A stretch of 64,000 bases of DNA from Mobula hypostoma (GCF_963921235.1 NC_086109.1:28708001-28772000); one strand, 5' to 3'. Positions 51,506 through 64,000 are shown, numbered from the stretch's first letter. Made by a program: numbers and translations. The notes: a model not told the origin generated them from the letters alone.

Positions 51506-52311
51506 GTTCAAAGGTTCAAAGGTTCAAAGGTACAATTTAGTATCAGAGAAATGTGTACAATATACATCCTGAAATGCTTTTTCTTCACAACCATCCACAA
51601 AAACAGAGGAGTGCCCCTAATAGTGAATAACAGTTAAATGTTAGAACCCCAAAGTACCCCCCACCAGCTCCCCTCCCTCCCACGCGTAAGCGGCAGCGAG
51701 CAACAATCCCCCTCTCCCACTAGCAAAAATAAAGTGCACCCAAAGCAATAGCAAAGACACACACTTGCAGTTACCCCAAAGACTACATTGTTCACCCGAT
51801 AATTCGACATGTTGCAGGCCTTCTCTCTCTTAATAAGGGAGAAAGAGGTGACTCCATTTTCCAATGAGCAGGAGAGATAACAACCAACTCACTGGTTTAT
51901 GATGTTAAAAGTCCGTTATGTTGCTTTTTTTGAGCTCTGTGCCTGGAGATCGCAAGGGTCCCGGTTCCCCAGGCACAGAGCAGATGTTCCGACTCCCCCA
52001 ACGACACACCGGTCTCCTGTGGCGACACCGTCCCTTGATTCACCTGTCTCCAGTTACTTGAGATCCCAGGCTTCTGAATCCGTGCCAAAATCTTAGGCCG
52101 AGACTTTGGCATGCCGAATAGTGGCCGATTGTGGAACCCCGAGAGCAGGTCCCATTACTGCAAAGAACCGTAGTCTGCATGTAACTCCAGGTCATGGTCT
52201 TTAAAAGAACCCTGAAAGGGAAAAATAGAGATATTAAAGATGGAAATAGAACCGTTTTTGAAGATGTAAGCAAAGGAGTCACCGTTGGGCGCCATAACTA
52301 CTTAGCTCTGC
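51506..52311 (-). mobile_element. Non-autonomous retroelement with TTATGGCGC head and (TTTGAACC)n tail
   Basis: CpG-richer body, no credible ORF, tandem tail at 51506-51530. Confidence 0.55.
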
Positions 52312-52647
52312 CTGGTCCCAAATTGCCACTTTGCATGTGAGATGGCTTTCCAGAGGTTGAACTTGGACTTTTTGTATTATTATCCATTCAGAAGATTTCA
52401 GTAACCTCACCTGCTCTAACCTTCCCTTTTACTTTGTCCTTACTTTTCTAAGCTGTAGAACCCAATCCCTGCTATTTAATTGAAAACCTTTTCCACAGCC
52501 CTGGTAATGTGGTTTACCAGGACACTGGTCCGAGCATGATTTAGATGGGGGACATCCTAACAGATCACCTCCCTTCTTCACCAATACTGGTGCCAATATC
52601 CCACAAACTCAAATCCACTTCTCCCACACCGGTCTTACAGCCATGTA

Positions 52648-53176
52648 CAGTACTGTGCAAAAGTCTTATATATGTAGCTGGCCGCATATACATGTAGCTG
52701 GGGTGCCTATGACTTCTGCACAGTATTGTATTTGTCAATGTGGAGTGGAGAGTGAGATTGCAAATCTGGCGGGAGGAAAGGTTGTTTGGAATGGCGAGCT
52801 AGGGGAGGGGCATGGTACAGGTGGCAGAGAAGGAGTGCCTGGACGAGAGGATCTGAGACACCAGGTAAGATCATTTGATTCCAAACAATTGGCTTATTAG
52901 TCATTATGGTATGTCTCTTTGATGCTTCCTGCTCTCTCCCCTTTCCCTTCCCTTTTCCCCAACCATGATTGCCCTCTCCTTGCCCCCTTCCCACTTTCAG
53001 TCTGCAATAGAGACCCATGTCAGAAGCAGGTTTAGCATCATTCACGCATGTCATGAAATCTGTTTGTTTTTTTTTTGCAGCAGGGGTATAGTACAATACA
53101 TAAAATTACTACAGACAGTGCAAAAGTCTTAGACACTCTAGCTATATATATGTGCCTAAGACTTTACATAGTATTG
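52648..53176. mobile_element. Composite Tc1-type MITE: two palindromic mini-MITEs (52648-52728, 53112-53176) around captured DNA
   Basis: TIR cagtactgtgcaaaagtctta occurs four times; TA at 52646-47 and 53177-78; host CR1 rejoins across the whole unit. Confidence 0.75.
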
Positions 53177-53483
53177 TATTTTGGTCTCTGACGTTATTAG
53201 TACTGTGCTAATTTGTATGTGGGTTCAGTAACAATCCAGAGTCTATCACGTCTTGGTTTTTCATTTTAATTTAATCACTTGCTGCTTAATTTCTCTCAGC
53301 AGAACCTCTTCCCTTTTTCTTCTTGTGTCACTGGTACTCAAGTGGATCTTTCCCCTCCCACTCCAAATCCCTCTGCAGGTCAGATGAGATGTCCCGAACC
53401 AAGGCACCAAGCAGCCAACACACCCTTTTGTGGCTCTCAATCCTTGTGAGAGAATTGTGTCTATTTCCCAATTACAACTATAT

Positions 53484-54245
53484 TTGAATTGAATTGAATT
53501 GGCCATGTTTCTTACATCCTTCATATACATGAGGAGCAAAAATGTTTATGTTATGTCTCTGTCTAAATGTGCAATGTGCAATTTATAGTAATTTATGATA
53601 AATAGTATATACAACAGGACAGTCAATATAACATAGAAATACAATTGTATCAGTATGAACTATTCAGTCTGATGGCTTGGTGGAAGAAGCTGTCCCGGAG
53701 CCTGTTGGTCCTGGCTTTTATACTGTGGTACAGTCTCCCGAATTGTAGCAGCTGGAACGGTTTGTGGTTGGGGTGACTAGGGTCCCCAATGATCCTTCAG
53801 GCCCTTTTTACACACATGTCTTTTTAAATGTCCTGAATAGTGGGAAGTTCTCATCTACAGATGCACTGGGCTGTCTGTACCACTCTCTGCAAAATCCTGC
53901 AGTTGAGGGAAGTACAGTCCCTATACCAGGCAGTGATGCAGCCAGTCAGGATGCTCTCAATTGTTCCCGTGTAGAAAGTTCTTAGGATTTGCTGTTGTGC
54001 CTTTTTCTTCAGACAGCCAGTATGTACAGTCATGAGAACCTCGGTGATGTGTATGCTATGAAATTTAAAGCTGCTCACTCTCTCAACTCCAGATCCATTG
54101 ATGTCAATAGGAGTTAGCCTGTCACCGTTCCTCCTGTAGTCCACAGCCAGCTCCTTTGTTTTTGCAACATTGAGGAAGAGGTTTGTTTTCTTGACACCTC
54201 TGTTTCAGGGTGATGACTTCTCTGTAGGCTGCCTCATTATTATTT
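53484..54245 (-). mobile_element. Rex1/Babar LINE 3' fragment
   Basis: DYRRNG..INGSGVERVSSFKF..TIESILTGCITAWY; (ttgaa)n tail. Confidence 0.85.
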
Positions 54246-57189
54246 GATTATTTAATTACTTTATTATTTCTCTTCTCTCACACTTCTTGAATGGTTCCCT
54301 GAACCACATTACCAGGCTTTGGTTGTTCATCCTTCCCACAACACCCTACTCCCCATCTTCACAGGGAGCAACAATCTTAGACTTGTTGGGAAAGCTCAAG
54401 AGCTGAGATTCCTCCAGCACTACTTCTTGTACCTGCCTACCTGCCTTACTGGCATTCATGCACTCTGGTCCCTGCCAAAGACCAAATTAGAAGTTGTTTA
54501 TCTAATTGGTGTGCTTGCCTCCTGAAACACAGTGCCCAAGTAATTCTCCCCCTCCCACTTTCTAAAGTATTGCAGTTTTTGAAGTTCAGGTTCCAAGTCA
54601 TCAACTTTGAGCCTGAGTTCCTCGAGCAACCAGCGCTTGCCATGGATGTGGTCACCAGGAACCACAATTAATCCAACAATTCCCATGTCATATTATGTAG
54701 CTACAACACATCACCTCATCCTGCATCGCTACTTTATTTAATTAGTTGTAATTTGGTATTACTTTAGTTATTAATATAAAATAAATCTTACCTGTTTTAA
54801 TGGCTACTTGTTTGTTCCTCCTTGGGAAGCCTCTTGAGCCAAAGCCCCAGTCCTCACTGGCCCACTCAATGACTGATCCAAAGTTGCTTCCGCGACTTTG
54901 TCTTCTGCCACTTCTTGCCAAAACCTCTGTGTCCACTACTACAGAACGCTGAACAATCAGGCTGACAAACCAATTCCAATATAGAAATCTCAACACAAGT
55001 GTGTTACTGAATAGATTATTTTGGATCAACTTTTTCAATGTGTTCCAGGAAAACTCCCTCGTACAACATCTATTTGAAGAGCCAACATTTAGAGCCAATC
55101 TCCAGTCCAGTTAAGGGAGGATGCCAATTGATGTCATTAACAAGTTCTGTCATGAGCGTCAGCAAACACCTCATAAAGTTACTCACAACATCCATCATTT
55201 CAATTTTTTTTTAAAATCATAGCATCGGTTTTATTGTTCTGGCAAAAAAATGTTTTAAATTTGTATAGACTGTAAATGATCCCATTATAATCAGAATATA
55301 GAAAAAAAACTTTGTTCTGTATCATTAGATTTTCAATTTATAATCTCATAAGGAAAAGGATATATTTGAACTTTAATTAGATTATAAAACTAATGTGTTT
55401 TTTATATTGGTAATAAAACAATACGTCATTAAAATCCCCACTAATAGAATGGGAAGAATTTTATATACTAAAAAGTAGCAAGCATTGAGATGAAATGCAA
55501 TTTATACCTCAGTGGTTTCCAGATGAGTTAGTGAATGGATTAGGAACAACCTTGTTCCTTTGAAGCAGCAAGATCTGCCTTAAAATGTTTAAAATTCTTC
55601 TAGATAGATTAATCGTACTTTCAGTCTGCACATTCAAGTTCAACTTTGTTGCTGCCTACCTTTGGGAATACGCTTGGCTTGAGAGAAGGAGGTCCTGACT
55701 AAGAATGTCTGGAATTAATAGGCTTCTGAGTCTGCTGGTAAAGGTTCATTGCATCTTTTTAACATGCACTTCATACTTCAAGTGCCGTAGAGTTGCAAAC
55801 TTTGATTGATTATACTAAAACAAGAAGATACCATTTAAAACTCCAGCATTGGTTTGTGCTGCTCTGAAGAAGCAATCAACTTTATCCATGGTTCACTTCT
55901 AGGGACCTGCAACAGGGAATTCCATTAGCTGCTAGTCTTGCACTTGATTGCTGCAAGACAAACACTTGTGAATGGTGAGCTAATTTCAAGTGGTATGCTC
56001 ATGGTTCAAAAAAGTGAGGAGAAAAATGTTTTAAGAATCTCTTGAAAAATTAAACGTTTGAAAATTTGGATATTCAAATTAAGAGCCATTATTGAGTTTG
56101 CTCTGACGTATTTTGAAGTTACTCTTTTCATGTTACATTTTAAAGATTAATTTACTGTTCAAAATTACTATTATAATGATATTAGCTGTGAAATCATAAT
56201 CCAACCCCTACTTCACAATTCATTTTCATGCATGACTGCTAAATTACTGAACAATTGCAGCAAATGAACACTCAACTTCAATTCACTGAAGTTAACAGAA
56301 TTAATTTCAGGTGCAGAGAGCAATGTGCTGATTACTATACAGTGTAACTGGGAATACAAGTCATTCAACTCAGGAATGGCCTAGAACTAATCAATTCTAA
56401 TGCAGCAAAAATGTGAGGAGTAAGGACATTCCATTCCACATTTGCATGAATCAGTCAATTTTTCTTTTAAGCATGCAATGCAAGTGACCACAGCTATTAC
56501 TGTCATGTTTATGGAACTTACTGCTGACACTGTTGGCCAGAATGTTGGAAGTCTTAACACATTAGAACTAGTTTTATCTGTGCTCTGAATCATTGTGCAT
56601 TAATTTACTGGTAGGATCACGGGTTCTGCTGTGTTTGCCCTTCGTCTTCTTTTTCAAAGAGAGCATCTGAAGACTTTGTGTTATTGTATGATCTTGTACT
56701 CCTGTGTATTGTGGAGTCCTGCCCTAAATCCTTGATTTGGATTCTGCACAGTTTTCCATAGTGATTCATCACTCATGGTGAAGAACCTTTAATCTTGTCT
56801 TACTTCACCAAGTCAAATCTCCCAGCTAGTGTGTGCAGGGATAAAATTGAGAAGCAGGCATTTTTCAGAATATTTGATCCAATAAAATGACACTGATAAG
56901 TTTTTAAATATCAGGGATATAGGGCGAGTGCAGGAAAGTGATGCTGGTGCAAAAGGTCTACTGTGACCTTATTGATAGGCAGAACAGATACAAAGGAGCA
57001 AAAAGCCCACTCCTGATTCTATTTCTGGCATCTTATGAAAGGTGCTTAAGAAAAGGTTTTAATGTTGAGGACTGGATGGGCCAAAGAGCCTATTTCTGTG
57101 CTCCAGTGCGCTATGACTCTAAGTCATAACATAGAAAAATAGAAACTGATGAATATTAAGTAAATTCCCTTTTAGTTGATATGGTTATT

Positions 57190-57401
57190 AATGATAATTA
57201 GTAATCTAGAATATTTTTCTGATATACTAACTAATGAAAGAGTTAACAATTCCATGTCATGTTGATTTTTTTTTTGCTGACATAAAGATCCCCTCCTAAC
57301 TATTAATCCAAGGGTTAGTTTTCACCTGAATGGAATTGTTAACTCTTTCATTAGTTAGTATAACTATATGGTAAAAAAAGGATCCAGATACTAGTTATCA
57401 T
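57190..57401. repeat. Inverted repeat with perfect 33-bp arms (57223-57255 / 57330-57362)
   Basis: tatactaactaatgaaagagttaacaattccat and its exact reverse complement, 74-nt spacer; imperfect outer arms. Confidence 0.9.
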
Positions 57402-58140
57402 CAATTAATTCATGTTTACCTGTATTTATCATTATTTGATTTAAATTCTTTTTTTTACTTCTTATAGCTTATAAAAATTGTGTTGTAACTCAAGTAGGTG
57501 ATAGCTAAAATTTTCTCTTTATTGTTTTTACCTCCGCAAAATTTCACAAAGCAGGTGAGCACTGAAGTTGTGCTCTAGTTTTCTAATTTTCAGGATCAAG
57601 TCTATTTATTTGTCAGCACAGAAGTACAAAATAGGACCAACAAGAGATGTCTAACTTCTTTCTATTTTTTTTTACATAAAATCTTTGTAATTGCTTTTCA
57701 CCGTACGTTATACTGAGATGTGAGTGAAGTGAATGCTATTGGATAACTTTAATCCAGCCACTTTAGATCTGGGCATTTCAAAGCAGATTTCTGGTTATTC
57801 AGCTCTGTGTCTTCAACAGTGTACCCTGTTCTCTGTGGTCAAAGATGATTTGCTTCAACTCTGGTCCAATGGATATCAAGGGTGTTGTGGGCGGTGGAGT
57901 AGTGAAAAGTCCTTTGCAGGTTCTGCAAACTCTGGCTATTAGTGCTTGACTGAATTTGCTGCTCTCCTTCCACAGTTCTTGTGTACAGCATACGAGGAGA
58001 CCAGACACTTTTAGATGAAGGAGTATCTGGTTTACGAAATCTTATCACAGTGTTTAGAATAAGTGTGGAAAAGATCCAGACTGAAGAGCACAGACACCAA
58101 CTTCAGGTGTCATTGAGGGAGAGTAGAGTGTTATAAAAGA

Positions 58141-58213
58141 AGAGAGAGACATAGAGAGACAGAGAGAGAGACAGAGAGAGGGAGAGAGAGAGAGAGAGAA
58201 AGGGAGAGAGAGA
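58141..58213. repeat. Imperfect (AG)n microsatellite
   Basis: agagagagacatagagagac... Confidence 0.9.
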
Positions 58214-59247
58214 ATATAAATATGAAAATGAATATGCATGGAGATGGGAAGGAAAGAAGGGACTAAGTGGGTGAATGTGAGAAAGAGAATAGGGGATTAA
58301 ACGTTGTAGCAGGCAGAAGGAAAGTGGGAAGAGGTTAGTGAATGTGCGGTGGATACTGAATGAGTAGAGTTTCAGAATGAGAGGGAACTGGGTGAAGATG
58401 ATCAAAGGGATAGTAGGTAAAAGAATCAGGAGTGATGAAGCAATGATAGACAATGGTGTATGTCTGTGTGATCACATCTGTATGTATGTATGTCTGAGCA
58501 TACACGTACCTCCACATTGTCCATGTCCATGCAGAAAAGTCTGGACTCATCTTGTACCCATCTGCCATTGGATTAAGAGCTTCTGCCAGGAAGTCTGTCA
58601 TAATTGATACACAATGACAAACCTGCATAAAAAGAATTCCTGCACCTTCCAATTGTTATGATGAATTTATACTCAACACAACATCCTCAGTACCAAAATT
58701 GAGATAAGCTCAACCTGAACTCTGCTGTAACTTTGAGAATCTTAGAAAATGCTGGAATGAAAGTACTTTACAATCAATTGGTAGGGCTAGAATTTTTGCA
58801 TGTAATGTTTGAGGTATGGTATCTGCAGCAGAGCATGAAACACAAGCAGTCACACTGGGGATATGGTCATGTTACATTCCAAATGCACAAATGCTTGCTA
58901 GCGTAGATAGAACATTTTTATATTTAACTCTCTCAAAAGCTTTTAAAGTTTCACACTTGGAGGGTTATCTTCAGGTTAGGCAAGAGAGCTGAAATCATTG
59001 TCAGTGTTTCTGTGCACAGGAAAAATTAGACTTTGAATGTATGCATGAGAAGCAATATAGAACTCATTTGATACTTTAGTTCAAAGATACAGTGGAGAAC
59101 AGGCCCTCTGGCCTATCAAGCTGCACCGCCCAACAATCCACTGATTTTATTTTAACCCAAGCCTAATCACAGGACAATTTACAATGACCAATTAACCTAC
59201 TAACTGGTATGACTTTGGGCTGGAGGAGAAGACTGAAGCACCTAGAG

Positions 59248-59252
<5 letters not shown>

Positions 59253-59284
<32 letters not shown>

Positions 59285-59631
59285 CACACACACACACCCC
59301 CCCCCACACACACACACACACACCCCACACACACACACACACACACACACACCCCACACACACACACACCCCACACACACACCCCACACACGCACACACA
59401 CACACACACACCCCACACACACACACACACACACCCCACACACACACACCCACACACACACCCCACACACACACACACACACACCCCCACACACACACAC
59501 ACAAACACACACACACCCCACACACACACACACCCCCCCACACACACACACCCCACACACACACACACATACACACACACACACACACACCACACACACA
59601 CACACCCCCCCCACACACACACACACACATA

Positions 59632-59662
<31 letters not shown>

Positions 59663-59726
59663 CCCCCACACACACACACACCCCACACACACACACATAC
59701 ACACACACACACATACACACACACAC

Positions 59727-59759
<33 letters not shown>

Positions 59760-59791
59760 CACACACACACACACCCCACACACACACACCC

Positions 59792-59825
<34 letters not shown>

Positions 59826-60041
59826 TACACACACACACCCCACACACACACACCCACACACACACCCCACACACACACACACACACACACACACCCACAC
59901 ACACACACAAACACACACACACCCCACACACACACACCCCCCCCACACACACACACACACCCCACACACACACACACACATACACACACACACACACACC
60001 ACACACACACACACCCCCCCACACACACACACACACACATA

Positions 60042-60074
<33 letters not shown>

Positions 60075-60136
60075 CCCCCCCACACACACACACCCCACAC
60101 ACACACACATACACACACACACATACACACACACAC

Positions 60137-60169
<33 letters not shown>

Positions 60170-60201
60170 CACACACACACACACCCCACACACACACACC
60201 C

Positions 60202-60235
<34 letters not shown>

Positions 60236-60380
60236 TACACACACACACCCCACACACACACACCCCCCCACACACACACACACACCCCACACACACATCC
60301 CACACACACACACACACCCCACACACACACACACACACACACACAACCACAACCACACACACACACACACACACACACCC

Positions 60381-60425
<45 letters not shown>

Positions 60426-60457
60426 CACACACACATCCCACACACACACACACACAC

Positions 60458-60494
<37 letters not shown>

Positions 60495-60526
60495 CCACAA
60501 CCACACACACACACACACACACACCC

Positions 60527-60559
<33 letters not shown>

Positions 60560-60565
60560 CCCACA

Positions 60566-60609
<44 letters not shown>

Positions 60610-60641
60610 CCACAACCACACACACACACACACACACACCC

Positions 60642-60681
<40 letters not shown>

Positions 60682-60801
60682 CACCCCACACATACACACA
60701 CACACACACACACCCACACACACCCCACACACACACACACACACACACCCACACACACACACACACACACACACCCACACACACCCCACACACACACACA
60801 C

Positions 60802-60889
<88 letters not shown>
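59253..60889. repeat. ~1.64-kb interrupted (CA)n array
   Basis: CA dinucleotides with recurring C4-C8 runs and occasional TA, AAC and TCCC variants. Confidence 0.97.
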
Positions 60890-61021
60890 GAACTTACAAA
60901 CTTCCTTTTGGAGGATGCCAGAAGTGAACTCCAAACTCTAAACACAAAATAATCTGCAGATGCTGGGATCAAAGCAACAATCACAGCACGCTGGAGGAAC
61001 TCAGCAGGAACTCAGATCCCC

Positions 61022-61450
61022 ATGGATCTCCCACCCGGCACTTATCCCTGTAAACGTAAGTGCTACACCTGTCCCTACAACTCCTCTCTTGCCACCATTC
61101 AGGGCCCCAAACAGTCCTTTAAGGTGAGGCAACACTTCACTTGTGAGTCTGTTGGGGTCATCTATTGCATCCGATGCTCCCGGTGCGGCCTCCTCTACAT
61201 CGGTGAAACCCGATGCAGATTGGAGGACTGCTTTGTCGAGCACCTCCACTCCGTCCGCCACAACAGACAGGAGCTCCCGGTAGCCACCCACTTCAACTCT
61301 GCTTCCCATTCCCATTCAGATATGTCCATACATGGCCTCCTCTACTGCCATGATGAGGCTAAACTCAGGTTGGAGGAGGAACACCTCATATACCCTCTAG
61401 GTAGTCTCCAGCCCCTTGGTATGAACATAGAATTCTCCAACTTCTGGTAA
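61022..61450 (+). pseudogene. PLE GIY-YIG endonuclease domain (open but 5'-truncated; Neptune-like Cys linker)
   Basis: CKRKCYTC linker; VIY-CxxCxxC-LYIGET; EH..VATHFN; E..LIY.LGSLQP.GMN. Confidence 0.88.
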
Positions 61451-61660
61451 TTCCCTTCCCCTCCCTTCCTATTTCACTCTGCCCTCTCCCCCAGCTGCCT
61501 ACCACCTCCCTCATGGTTCCGCCTCCTTCTTCTACTAACCATTGTTTTCCTGCCTATGATGTCCCTACTTCCTGTCCCCCACCCCTTTGTCTTTCAAATT
61601 ACTGGTCTTTCAACAGAACCTACAAGCATTCTTCAAATCCTTCCCCCTCCTTCTTTGTTC

Positions 61661-61696
61661 AGTCCTGACGAAGGGTTCCGGCCTGAAACGTTGACT
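61661..61696 (+). ncRNA. Minimal hammerhead motif in PLE 3' region
   Basis: AGTC-CTGACGA-AGGgttccggCCT-GAAA-CGTT-GACT; GUU triplet. Confidence 0.7.
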
Positions 61697-61917
61697 CATC
61701 GTTTCCAGTGATGCTGCCCAACCTGCTAGGTTCCTCCAGCGAACTCCAAACTCTGATGCCCAAGCTCTAATAGTATTGAGCAAATCATTACACTACATTG
61801 GCGTCCATAAAATATGATTCACACAAAATCCTCTCATGCACACCAGGCTCTTAAGTGGACACCTGACACCAGCTTCAGCATCAGTTAAAACATTAGTCCA
61901 AAGGCCATCGTAAATGT

Positions 61918-62097
61918 GACAGAGGAGACTGCAGATGCTGGAATCTGGATTGACAGGCAACCTACTAGAGGAACTCGGAGGGGAAAACAGCATCTGTGCA
62001 GGGAAAGGGGGAAACATCTTGATACAGGGTTTCAGGTCAAAATGCTAACCATTCCTTTCCCCTGAGAGATTCTAGTAAACCCGTTGAGTTCCTCTCG
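61918..62097. mobile_element. Old palindromic PLE-terminus element
   Basis: ctgcagatgctggaatctgg...agaggaactc on the left arm; gagttcctc on the right arm. Confidence 0.5.
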
Positions 62098-62099
62098 TG

Positions 62100-62178
62100 C
62101 AGGGGTCCCAAACTTGGGGTCTGTGGACCCCTGCTTAATAGTATTGGTCCATAGCATGAAAAAGGTTGGGAACCCCTT
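62100..62178. mobile_element. Tiny hAT-like MITE
   Basis: Termini caggggtcccaaac / ggttgggaacccct; no clean 8-bp TSD. Confidence 0.5.
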
Positions 62179-62702
62179 GCTCTAAAAGATTGTTCATTGC
62201 TGCTAATACAAAGATGCTTTGCTAGAGAGTTCAAGACGTGCATCTTTTACTATTTAAGTACCTTCCCCTTAGTATTTCACAATTCATGTTTGCACCTCAT
62301 TTCACCTTACAACTGATATACCCTGCAAAGCCTTGTAATTTGCTCAACTTTGAGCCATCTGCCTGAACTAACCCCTTGTCATTGTCTGCCTGGTGCGCAC
62401 TCCTCATAATCAACAGCCCTACACTTCTAAAATTATATATTCATTTACTTTTCTTTATCTTTCATCAAGTACCCAATCATTATATCAAATGTGTTGTCAT
62501 CTGTTCTCCTCATCATCAACACACTCATCACCTCTTCGCCCTATATCCTTCTCCCCAGCATACATCACCTCTGATCAACTCCCCGAATTCTCCCCCCCCC
62601 CACTGTACTCCCACACCTGTAGATGCAGCCCCTTCCCCACATGCACCTTTGCTACTCCCCTCTCCACTGATCCAGGAGAAAAGAAGGAAGGAAGGGACTA
62701 AT

Positions 62703-64000
62703 CACAAACATGAAAAATTCTGCAGCGCTGGAAATCCAATCAACACACACAAACAATGCTGGAGGAACTCAGCTGGCCAGGCAGCATCTATGGAAAAGAG
62801 AAAACAATCGACCTTTCGGTCCAAGACCCTTCATCAGGACCAGAGAAAAAGATGACAAGTCAGAGTAAGAAGGTGGGGAGAGGGGAGGAAGAAATACAAG
62901 GTAGTCGGTGATAGGTGAAACTGGGGGAGCGAGAGAAGTGAACTAAAGAACTGGGAAGTCGATTGCTGAAAGAGATAAAGAGCTGGAGAAGGGGGAGGAC
63001 AGAAGGCCATGGAAGAAAGGGAAGGGGTAGGAGCACCAGAGAGAGGTGATGGGTAAGTAAGGAGATGAGGTAAGAGAGGGAAATGGAAATGGGTAATGGT
63101 GAAGGAAAGGAGGGGCGCATTACCAGATGTTCGAGAAATCGATGTTCATGCCACCAGGTTGGAGGCGCTCAGTTCTTCCATCTCCGTTGCATCTGCTTTC
63201 AGGATGAGGCTTTTCATTACTGAACTAAGGAGCTGTCCTCCTTCTTCAAAGAAACAATTTTCCCTTCCTCCACCATTAATGCTGCTCTCACTTGCATCTC
63301 TTCCACTTTGCTCACATTTGCCCTCACCCCATCCTCCCAGCACCCCCAAAGGGATAAGCCTCCTCTCGTCCTCACCACCCACCACCCTCAGTATCCAGCA
63401 CATAATACACCATAACTTCTGCCATCTCAAATGGGATCCCACCACCAAGCACATCTTTCCCTCTCCCCTACTTTCTGCTTTTCTTAGGGAATCACTCCCT
63501 ACGTGACTCCCTTGTCTATTCAACCTTCCACACTGACCTCCCTCCTGGCACTTATTCTTGCAAGCAGAACAAGTGCTACACCTGTCCCTACACCTCCTCC
63601 CTCACTACCATTCGGGGCCCCAAGCAGTCCTTCCAGGTGAGGCAACACTTCACCTGTGAGTCTGTTGGAGTCATTTACTGTATCCGATGTTTCCAGTGTG
63701 GTCTCTTGTATATCGGTGAGACCTGACATAGATTGGGAAGCTGTTTCTCTGAGCACCAATGCTCCATCTTCCAGAAAAAGCAGGATCTCCCAATGACCAC
63801 CCATTTTAATTCTACTCCCTATTTCCATTCCGTCATGTCAGTCCATGGCTTCCTCTTCAGCTGTGATGAGGCCACTCTTAGGCTTGCTCTTGTATCTGAT
63901 TCCCCCTTCTGCAGTCCTTTATCTCTTTCACTAATTGACTTCCCAGCTCTTTACTTCACCCCGCTCCCTCTCCCGGTTTCACCTATCATCTGCTACCTTG
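62703..64000. mobile_element. PLE with inverted structure: minus-strand 3' end (62703-63166) joined to plus-strand RT-C/GIY-YIG body (63168-64000)
   Basis: Minus strand LQPGGMNIDFSNIW*; plus strand QFFHLRCICFQDEAFH and GVIYCIRCFQCGLLYIGET* with premature stop. Confidence 0.88.
62805..62842 (-). ncRNA. Minimal hammerhead motif, partly decayed
   Basis: Reverse complement tggtc-CTGATGA-agGGTCttgGACC-GAAA-GGTC-gattg; stem I G-U rich, stem III C>G change. Confidence 0.55.

Larger units (their letters stand above)
52440..54900 (-). mobile_element. Decayed CR1 ORF1 region split by a composite MITE and a Rex1 fragment
   Basis: DHIHGKRWLLEELRLKVDDLEPELQ; esterase-like segment (VIDSGLL...TWL.DRCGRSGFEFVG) continuous across 52647/53179. 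Confidence 0.65.
60940..61740 (+). mobile_element. 5'-truncated PLE with inverted terminal segment and perfect 14-bp TSD
   Basis: TSD gaactccaaactct at 60926-60939 and 61741-61754; 60940-~61007 is the reverse complement of the PLE terminus. Confidence 0.9.
59081..61806 (-). mobile_element. V-domain SINE split by a (CA)n expansion and a PLE insertion
   Basis: Tail 59081-59252, middle 60890-60939, head 61755-61806; colinear with the 28962-29945 copy. Confidence 0.75.

Noticed and set aside
57733..58048. Overlapping ~69-aa ORFs in unique DNA
   Set aside because: No recognisable domain or convincing splice sites
59163..60984. Four 570-580 aa ORFs (VC- and HT-rich)
   Set aside because: Translations of the (CA)n array, which lacks stop codons
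1..64000. CRISPR arrays, operons, rRNA or other prokaryotic systems
   Set aside because: No repeat-spacer array or dense gene packing; content is vertebrate transposon-derived

Overview
Eukaryotic, AT-rich, transposon-dense DNA in which I recognise no host protein-coding exon, so it is probably a large intron or intergenic region. The repeat mix (CR1, Rex1/Babar and RTE LINEs, V-domain tRNA SINEs, Penelope-like elements, Tc1 derivatives) suggests a cartilaginous fish, probably a ray; this is inference. The main feature is a young full-length Ty3/Gypsy provirus (11269-15464) with 195-bp LTRs, an AGAC target-site duplication (TSD), a tRNA-Trp primer-binding site and a CHCC Gag motif, all CsRn1-clade hallmarks; it is nested in a long CR1. 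Penelope-derived termini carry minimal hammerhead ribozyme motifs, including a 234-bp self-complementary element with a hammerhead on each strand and a 15-bp TSD. Also present are a composite MITE, a perfect 33-bp inverted repeat in unique DNA, and a 1.6-kb (CA)n array with higher-order structure. Boundaries of old repeats are approximate, and family names come from motif recognition, not database searches.
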